DNA of 64,000 nucleotides from Escherichia phage Killian. The position numbers and the translations under genes were made by a program. Below, one piece after another: positions 57,215-64,000 of the stretch. The DNA lies in the sequence record OQ446694.1. The stretch is one strand, 5' to 3'. Each line of letters starts with the position of its first letter. The stretch's first letter is position 1. The notes beneath the pieces were generated by a model. That model did no database searches. It was not told the DNA's origin and was given only the letters and a program-made list of their open reading frames with translations.

Positions 57215-58132
57215 TCAAAATTCATTAATGCTATTAGTTAATTTAGAAAGACCCGCTTTTACAAAATATGAATAAATTTTGCCACGCGGTGGTAATTTAT
57301 ATGAATTATAGTAATTCACAATGTTTGAAGCAATATTATCAGGAATATAATCAAAATCAATTAGAACTAAATTTTCCTTATATCGATTATATTCAGATTC
57401 AGTGAGAAGCACCTTAGCTTGCTCACGGTCATTAGCAATAGCTTCAACAATAGAAGTTTTCATTGAAGGAGTTCGTTCACCTTCAACTCTGGTAAACCAA
57501 AAGTCAGATCGTACTTTAACTGAAGCGACGTTATCCTTTTTATCACCTTTAAGAATTTTAGTCATACAGTCAATTTCAGCAGAACCGCTTTTAATTTTAA
57601 CCCATTTCTTGTGCATCGGTGACCATTGCTTAACATTTGGGTATTTGTGAAGTTGAGTAAAGTCACCATCCGATGAAATGATTAAAATCTTGTGTCCTTC
57701 TAAAGAGAACTTTTTAACAAGAACAGCAATGTGGTCATCTGCTTCATACTTATCAATATCCATAACAATGTATGGCATATAAGCTTTCAATTCATCTATA
57801 ACTTTATGGCTAGATTCAAAATAACCTTCCCAATCCCAAGTAGATTCTTCTCGTGCTTTTCCACGGTTTTTCTTATAGTAATAAGCGAAATCACGACGCC
57901 AGTATCCAGATTTCGCGTTATCGATACACAGTACAATTTTAGTGTATCCAAGAGTTTTCGCTTTTTTGACATTAAACTTAATTGAGTTCAATATCAAATG
58001 ACGAACCATTGATAAATTAATTTTTTCTTTATCTGGGAAGTTTACCAAAGCAGTTGAAAGCGCAATTTGACTAAAGTCAATTAAGCAGATTCCTTCTTTG
58101 TAATCTTCATCCAGCATCATTTCTAAATCCAT
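57215..58132 (-). CDS. rnh: RNase H (5'-3' exonuclease, FEN-1 family)
   Basis: 305 aa from internal Met MDLEMMLDEDYKEG, matching T4 RNase H. Confidence 0.95.
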   Translation of the reverse strand: MDLEMMLDEDYKEGICLIDFSQIALSTALVNFPDKEKINLSMVRHLILNSIKFNVKKAKTLGYTKIVLCIDNAKSGYWRRDFAYYYKKNRGKAREESTWDWEGYFESSHKVIDELKAYMPYIVMDIDKYEADDHIAVLVKKFSLEGHKILIISSDGDFTQLHKYPNVKQWSPMHKKWVKIKSGSAEIDCMTKILKGDKKDNVASVKVRSDFWFTRVEGERTPSMKTSIVEAIANDREQAKVLLTESEYNRYKENLVLIDFDYIPDNIASNIVNYYNSYKLPPRGKIYSYFVKAGLSKLTNSINEF

Positions 58133-58194
58133 ATGAACCTCGTTCAATTAGTGAGATTTCTATTATATACTATCCAAATCTTAAAGTAAACAAG

Positions 58195-58202
58195 TATAAA
58201 TA
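58195..58202 (+). promoter_or_regulatory. Late promoter TATAAATA upstream of gene 34
   Basis: Exact TATAAATA about 35 nt upstream of the ATG, followed by AGGAG. Confidence 0.6.
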
Positions 58203-58236
58203 CTTATTATTGAAAACACAATAGGAGCCCGGGAGA

Positions 58237-61200
58237 ATGGCCGAGATTAAAAGAAAGTTCAGAGCAGAAGACGGTCTGGACGCAGGTGGCGATAAAATAA
58301 TCAACGTAGCTTTAGCTGATCGTACCGTAGGAACTGACGGTGTTAACGTTGATTACTTAATTCAAGAAAACACAGTTCAACAATATGATCCAACTCGTGG
58401 ATATTTAAAAGATTTTGTAATCATTTATAATAATCGTTTTTGGGCAGCAACGGATAATATTCCAAAACCTGCTGGAAGTTTTAACAGAATTCGTTGGAAA
58501 GCATTACGTACTGATGCCGTATATACAACCGTATCATCTGGACCATATCAATTAAAATCCGGAGAAGCAATTTCAGTAGATACATCAGTTGGTAATGACA
58601 TTGAGTTTAATTTACCACCTTCTCCGCTTGATGGAGAAACCGTAATAATTCAAGATATTGGTGGAAAACCTGGTATAAATCAGGTTAAAATAAATTCTTC
58701 AAATCAGAGTATTGTTAATTTTAGAGGTGAACAAGTACGTTCAGTTCTAATGACTCATCCAAAGTCACAGATGATATTCATTTTTAATAATCGTTTGTGG
58801 CAAATGTATGTTGCTGATTATAGCAGAGAAGCTGCGATTGTTACTCCATCGACTGCATATCAAGCACAATCTAATGATTTTATCGTGCGTAGATTTACTT
58901 CCGCTGCGCCGATTAATATTAAACTTCCGAGATTTGCTAATCATGGCGATATTATTAATTTCGTTGATTTAGATAAATTAAATCCACTTTATCATACAAT
59001 TGTCACAACATATGATGAAACAACTTCAGTACAAGAAGTTGGAACTCATTCTATTGAAGGCCGTACATCAATTGACGGTTTCTTGATGTTTGATGATAAT
59101 GAAAAATTATGGAGACTGTTTGACGGGGATAGTAAAGCACGTTTACGCATTATAACAACTAATTCTAATATTCGTCCAAATGAAGAAGTTATGGTATTTG
59201 GCGCGAATAACGGAACAGCCCAAACAATTGAACTTCAACTTCCAACCGATATTTCCATTGGTGATACTGTTAAAATTTCCATGAATTACATGAGAAAAGG
59301 ACAAACAGTTAAAATCAAAGCTGCAGGTGAAGATAAAATTGCTTCTTCAGTTCAATTGCTGCAATTCCCAAAACGCTCAGAATATCCACCTGAAGCTGAA
59401 TGGGTGACTGTCCAAGAATTAGTTTTCAATGGTGAAACTAATTATGTTCCGGTTTTACAACTTGCTTATATAGAAGATTCTGACGGAAAATACTGGGTTG
59501 TACAACAAAACGTTCCAACGGTTGAAAGAGTCGATTCTTTAAATAATTCTACTAGAGCAAGATTAGGCGTAATAGCTTTAGCTACACAAGCTCAAGCTAA
59601 CGTCGATTTAGAAAATTCTCCGCAAAAAGAATTAGCAATTACACCAGAAACATTAGCTAACCGTACTGCTACAGAAACTCGTAGAGGTATCGCAAGAATA
59701 GCAACTACTGCTCAAGTGAATCAGAACACTACATTCTCTTTTGCTGATGACCTTATCATCACTCCTAAAAAGCTGAATGAAAGAACTGCTACAGAAACTC
59801 GCAGAGGTGTTGCTGAAATTGCTACGCAGCAGGAAACTAATACAGGTACTGATGATACTACAATCATCACTCCTAAAAAGCTTCAAGCTCGTCAAGGTTC
59901 TGAATCATTATCTGGTATTGTAACCTTTGTATCTACTGCAGGAGCTACTCCAGCTTCTAGTCGTGAATTAAATGGTACAAATGTTTATAATAAAAACACT
60001 AATAATTTAGTTGTTTCGCCTAAAGCTTTGGATCAGTATAAAGCTACTCCAACACAACAAGGTGCAGTAATTTTAGCAGTTGAAAGTGAAGTAATTGCTG
60101 GACAAAGCCAAGAAGGATGGGCAAATGCGGTTGTAACGCCAGAAACGTTACATAAAAAGACATCAACTGATGCAAGAATTGGTTTAATTGAAATTGCTAC
60201 ACAAAGCGAAGTTAATACAGGAACTGATTATACTCGTGCAGTCACTCCTAAAACTTTAAATGACCGTAAAGCAACTGAAAGTTTAACTGGTATAGCTGAA
60301 ATTGCTACACAAGTTGAATTCGACGCAGGCGTCGACGATACTCGTATCTCTACACCATTAAAAATTAAAACCAGATTTAATAGTACTGATCGTACTTCTG
60401 TTGTTGCTCTATCTGGATTAGTTGAATCAGGAACTCTCTGGGACCATTATACCCTTAATATTCTTGAAGCAAATGAGACACAGCGTGGTACACTTCGTGT
60501 AGCTACACAAGTTGAAGCTGCTGCAGGAACATTGGATAATGTTCTAATAACTCCTAAAAAGCTTTTAGGTACTAAATCTACTGAAGCGCAGGAAGGTGTT
60601 ATTAAAGTTGCAACTCGGTCTGAAACTGTAGCTGGAACGTCAGCAAATACTGCTGTATCTCCAAAAAATTTAAAATGGATTGTGCAGAGTGAACCTACTT
60701 GGGCAGCTACTACTGCGATAAGAGGTTTTGTTAAAACCTCATCTGGTTCAATTACGTTCGTTGGTAATGATACAGCGGGTTCTACGCAGGACTTAGAACT
60801 ATATGAGAAAAATAACTATGCAGTATCACCATATGAATTAAACCGCGTATTAGCAAATTATTTGCCGTTAAAAGCAAAAGCTGTAGATAGTAATTTATTA
60901 GATGGTTTAGATTCACTCCAGTTCATTCGTAGGGATATTGCGCAGACGGTTAATGGTTCACTAACCTTAACACAACAAACGAATCTGAGTGCCCCTCTTG
61001 TATCATCTAGTACTGCTACGTTTGGTGGATCAGTTTCGGCAAATAGTACATTAACTATTTCTAATACTGGAACGGCAACTCGTCTGATTTTTGAGAAAGG
61101 ACCTCAAACTGGAACTAACCCGGTACAGACGATGACAGTCAGAGTGTGGGGAAATCAATTCAGCGGTGAATCGGACACAACACGTTCTACTGTATTTGAA

Positions 61201-62106
61201 GTTAGTGATGAAACTTCTAGTCATTTTTATTCTCAGCGTAATAAAGCTGGTAATATAACATTTAATATCAATGGTACAGTAACACCGATAAATGTGAATG
61301 CTTCAGGCACATTGAATGTGAATGGCGTAGCAACATTCGGCAGTTCGGTTACTGCTAATGGCGAATTTATCAGTAAATCATCGAATGCTTTTAGAGCGAT
61401 AAACGGTGATTATGGATTCTTTATTCGTAATGATGGCGCTAACACCTATTTTATGCTTACTGCATCTGGTGATCAGACCGGTGGATTTAATGGATTACGT
61501 CCTTTAACTATTAATAATGCATCTTGTCAAGTAACGATTGGTGAAAGCTTAATCATTGCCAAAGGTGCTACTATAAGTTCAGGTGGTTTAACTGTTAACT
61601 CGAGAATTCGTTCTCAGGGTACTAAAACCTCTGATTTATATACCCGTGCGCCAACATCTGATACTGTAGGATTCTGGTCAATCGATATTAATGATTCAGC
61701 CACTTATAACCAGTTCCCGGGTTATTTTAAGATGGTTGAAAAAACTAATGAAGTGACTGGGCTTCCATACTTAGAACGTGGCGAAGAAGTTAAATCTCCT
61801 GGTACATTGACTCAGTTTGGTAACACACTTGATTCGCTTTACCAAGATTGGATTACTTATCCAACGACTCCAGAAGCACGTACCACTCGCTGGACACGTA
61901 CATGGCAGAAAACCAAAAACTCTTGGTCAAGTTTTGTTCAGGTATTTGACGGAGGTAACCCTCCTCAACCTTCAGATATAGGAGCGATCCCATCTGATAA
62001 TGGAATAATAGGTAATCTTACTATTCGCGATTTCTTGCGAATTGGTAATGTTCGCATTATTCCTGACCCAGTGAATAAAACTGTTAAATTTGAGTGGATT
62101 GAATAA
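58237..62106 (+). CDS. 34: Long tail fibre proximal subunit gp34
   Basis: 1289 aa, same as T4 gp34; internal about 40-aa repeats. Confidence 0.95.
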   Translation: MAEIKRKFRAEDGLDAGGDKIINVALADRTVGTDGVNVDYLIQENTVQQYDPTRGYLKDFVIIYNNRFWAATDNIPKPAGSFNRIRWKALRTDAVYTTVSSGPYQLKSGEAISVDTSVGNDIEFNLPPSPLDGETVIIQDIGGKPGINQVKINSSNQSIVNFRGEQVRSVLMTHPKSQMIFIFNNRLWQMYVADYSREAAIVTPSTAYQAQSNDFIVRRFTSAAPINIKLPRFANHGDIINFVDLDKLNPLYHTIVTTYDETTSVQEVGTHSIEGRTSIDGFLMFDDNEKLWRLFDGDSKARLRIITTNSNIRPNEEVMVFGANNGTAQTIELQLPTDISIGDTVKISMNYMRKGQTVKIKAAGEDKIASSVQLLQFPKRSEYPPEAEWVTVQELVFNGETNYVPVLQLAYIEDSDGKYWVVQQNVPTVERVDSLNNSTRARLGVIALATQAQANVDLENSPQKELAITPETLANRTATETRRGIARIATTAQVNQNTTFSFADDLIITPKKLNERTATETRRGVAEIATQQETNTGTDDTTIITPKKLQARQGSESLSGIVTFVSTAGATPASSRELNGTNVYNKNTNNLVVSPKALDQYKATPTQQGAVILAVESEVIAGQSQEGWANAVVTPETLHKKTSTDARIGLIEIATQSEVNTGTDYTRAVTPKTLNDRKATESLTGIAEIATQVEFDAGVDDTRISTPLKIKTRFNSTDRTSVVALSGLVESGTLWDHYTLNILEANETQRGTLRVATQVEAAAGTLDNVLITPKKLLGTKSTEAQEGVIKVATRSETVAGTSANTAVSPKNLKWIVQSEPTWAATTAIRGFVKTSSGSITFVGNDTAGSTQDLELYEKNNYAVSPYELNRVLANYLPLKAKAVDSNLLDGLDSLQFIRRDIAQTVNGSLTLTQQTNLSAPLVSSSTATFGGSVSANSTLTISNTGTATRLIFEKGPQTGTNPVQTMTVRVWGNQFSGESDTTRSTVFEVSDETSSHFYSQRNKAGNITFNINGTVTPINVNASGTLNVNGVATFGSSVTANGEFISKSSNAFRAINGDYGFFIRNDGANTYFMLTASGDQTGGFNGLRPLTINNASCQVTIGESLIIAKGATISSGGLTVNSRIRSQGTKTSDLYTRAPTSDTVGFWSIDINDSATYNQFPGYFKMVEKTNEVTGLPYLERGEEVKSPGTLTQFGNTLDSLYQDWITYPTTPEARTTRWTRTWQKTKNSWSSFVQVFDGGNPPQPSDIGAIPSDNGIIGNLTIRDFLRIGNVRIIPDPVNKTVKFEWIE
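59629..60700 (+). repeat. Degenerate in-frame repeats inside gene 34 (approximate bounds)
   Basis: At least seven copies of a motif like ITPKKL/TPETL ... TETRRG/ATESLTG ... IATQ in the protein. Confidence 0.6.
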
Positions 62107-62115
62107 GAGGTATTT

Positions 62116-63231
62116 ATGGAAAAATTTATGGCAGAGTTTGGACAAGGATATGTCCAAACGCCATTTTTATCGGAAAGTAATTCAGTAAGATACAAAATAA
62201 GCATAGCGGGTTCTTGCCCGCTTTCTACAGCAGGACCATATGTTAAATTTCAGGATAACCCTGTCGGAAATCAAACATTTAGTGCAGGTCTTCATTTAAG
62301 AGTTTTTGACCCTTCAACAGGAGCATTAGTTGATAGTAAGTCATATTCTTTTTCTACTTCAAATAATACTACATCAGCTGCTTTTGTTAGTTTCATGAAT
62401 TCTTTGTCAAACAATAGACTTGTTGCTATATTAACTAGCGGAAAGGTTAATTTTCCTCCTGAAGTGGTATCTTGGTTAAGGGGAGCAGGAACTTCAGTTT
62501 TTCCATCAGATTCAGTATTGTCAAGATTTGACGTATCATATGCTGCTTTTTATACTTCTTCTAAAAGAGCTATTGCATTAGAGCATGTTAAACTAAGTAA
62601 TAGAAAAAGCACAGATGATTATCAAACTATTTTAGATGTTGTATTTGATAGTTTAGAAGACGTCGGAGCTACGGGATTTCCTAAAAGAACATATGAAAGT
62701 GTCGAGCAATTTATGTCAGCGGTTGGTGGAACTAATAACGAAATTGCGCGATTGCCAACTTCAGCTGCTATAAGTAAACTTTCTGACTATAATTTAATTC
62801 CTGGTGATGTTCTTTATCTTAAAGCACAGTTATATGCTGATGCTGATTTACTTGATCTTGGAACTACAAACATATCCATTCGTTTTTATGATGCATCAAA
62901 TGGTTATATTTCCTCTACCCAAGCTGAATTTACTGGGCAAGCTGGGTCTTGGGAATTAAAGGAAGATTATGTAGTTGTTCCTGAAAATGCAGTCGGATTT
63001 ACTATATATGCGCAGAGAACTGCTCAAGCTGGTCAAGGCGGAATGAGGAATTTAAGCTTTTCTGAAGTATCAAGAAATGGCGGCATTTCAAAACCTGCCG
63101 AATTTGGCGTCAACGGTATTCGCGTTAATTATGTCTGTGAATCGGCTTCACCTCCAGATATAATGGTACTTCCTACACAAGCCTCTTCTAAAACTGGCAA
63201 AGTGTTTGGGCAAGAATTTAGAGAAGTTTAA
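62116..63231 (+). CDS. 35: Long tail fibre hinge connector gp35
   Basis: 371 aa; synteny 34-35-36-37. Confidence 0.9.
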   Translation: MEKFMAEFGQGYVQTPFLSESNSVRYKISIAGSCPLSTAGPYVKFQDNPVGNQTFSAGLHLRVFDPSTGALVDSKSYSFSTSNNTTSAAFVSFMNSLSNNRLVAILTSGKVNFPPEVVSWLRGAGTSVFPSDSVLSRFDVSYAAFYTSSKRAIALEHVKLSNRKSTDDYQTILDVVFDSLEDVGATGFPKRTYESVEQFMSAVGGTNNEIARLPTSAAISKLSDYNLIPGDVLYLKAQLYADADLLDLGTTNISIRFYDASNGYISSTQAEFTGQAGSWELKEDYVVVPENAVGFTIYAQRTAQAGQGGMRNLSFSEVSRNGGISKPAEFGVNGIRVNYVCESASPPDIMVLPTQASSKTGKVFGQEFREV

Positions 63232-63236
63232 ACTGA

Positions 63237-63262
63237 GGGAGCCTTTGGGTTCCCTTTTTCTT
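63237..63262 (+). terminator. Hairpin GGGAGCC-TTTGG-GTTCCC plus T-tract after gene 35
   Basis: Stem followed by TTTTTCTTT. Confidence 0.55.
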
Positions 63263-63270
63263 TATAAATA
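63263..63270 (+). promoter_or_regulatory. Late promoter TATAAATA upstream of gene 36
   Basis: Exact TATAAATA about 24 nt upstream of the ATG. Confidence 0.6.
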
Positions 63271-63293
63271 ATATTAAAATAAAGGGGCATATA

Positions 63294-63944
63294 ATGGCTG
63301 ATTTAAAAGTAGGTTCAACTGTGGGTGGATCTGTCATTTGGCATCAAGGAAATTTTCCATTGAATTCAGCCGGTGACGATGTACTCTACAAATCATTTAA
63401 AATATATTCAGAATATAATAAACCGCAGGCAGCTGATAACGATTTCGTTTCTAAAGCTAATGGTGGTACTTACACCGGTCCAATTACTATTAATTACGGG
63501 GTAAATAGTTATCTTCAATTAAGTAATAATGAAACCCCTATCCGAATTCGTTCTGGTGGCGGCACCGGTAATACTCTTGTAATCGGTGGCTCTTCTGGTG
63601 GTATTAGTTTTAGACCTGCAGGTAGTGAAATCACTACTGGGCAAATTACTATTACGCCAGAAGGTTTGACAACATTTACCAGGGCTGTAACGGCTCCATC
63701 TGTAACTGTTACATCTACTCCTTCAGCAGCATCTGATGTTACTCGTAAAGATTATGTCGATGGAGCAATAAATACTGTTACGGCAAATGCGAATTCTAGA
63801 GTTTTGCGTAAAGGTGACACCATGACAGGTAATTTAACAGCGCCAAACTTTTTCTCGCAGAATCCTGCATCTCAACCCTCGCATGTTCCACGATTTGACC
63901 AAATCGTGATTAAGGATTCTGTTCAAGATTTCGGCTATTATTAA
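63294..63944 (+). CDS. 36: Long tail fibre distal connector gp36
   Basis: 216 aa; synteny. Confidence 0.9.
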   Translation: MADLKVGSTVGGSVIWHQGNFPLNSAGDDVLYKSFKIYSEYNKPQAADNDFVSKANGGTYTGPITINYGVNSYLQLSNNETPIRIRSGGGTGNTLVIGGSSGGISFRPAGSEITTGQITITPEGLTTFTRAVTAPSVTVTSTPSAASDVTRKDYVDGAINTVTANANSRVLRKGDTMTGNLTAPNFFSQNPASQPSHVPRFDQIVIKDSVQDFGYY

Positions 63945-63952
63945 GAGGACTT

Positions 63953-64000
63953 ATGGCTACTTTAAAACAAATACAATTTAAAAGAAGCAAAACTGCAGGT
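63953..64000 (+). CDS. 37: Long tail fibre distal subunit gp37, 5' end only (3'-truncated at window edge)
   Basis: MATLKQIQFKRSKTAG matches the T4 gp37 N-terminus; ORF runs off the window. Confidence 0.85.
   Translation, partial: MATLKQIQFKRSKTAG

Overview
This window is a contiguous segment of a T4-like (T-even, Tevenvirinae-type) myovirus genome. Many predicted proteins match my recollection of phage T4 proteins almost residue for residue (gp23, gp32, RNase H, Rnl1, foldon of fibritin), so gene calls for the conserved core are high-confidence; this is recall-based, not a database search. Plus strand = late structural genes: 3' end of wac, neck 13/14, 15, terminase 16/17, tail sheath 18, tube 19, portal 20, prohead core 67/68, protease 21, scaffold 22, major capsid 23, vertex 24; then uvsW, baseplate hub 51/27/28/29/48/54, and long tail fibre 34/35/36 plus start of 37. 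Minus strand = early/middle genes: rnlB, hoc, inh, uvsY, baseplate 25/26, two tandem alt-like ADP-ribosyltransferases, DNA ligase 30, the 30.x small-ORF cluster, rIII, 31, cd, pseT, spanins, alc, rnlA, denA, nrdB-mobE-nrdA, td, frd, 32, 59, 33, dsbA, rnh. No tRNA, CRISPR array, integrase or intron was found. Compared with T4 as I remember it, the notable differences are: an HNH homing-endonuclease gene inserted between uvsW and uvsW.1, intron-less td and nrdB, no seg-type (GIY-YIG) endonuclease genes at the T4 positions, an extra ORF between frd and td, an extra Ig-like domain in Hoc from an internal tandem duplication, and two tandem Alt paralogs. I did not find a single clear-cut undescribed multi-gene system; the best candidates for new biology are the uncharacterised small-ORF islands and the NADAR/HAD pair next to DNA ligase.
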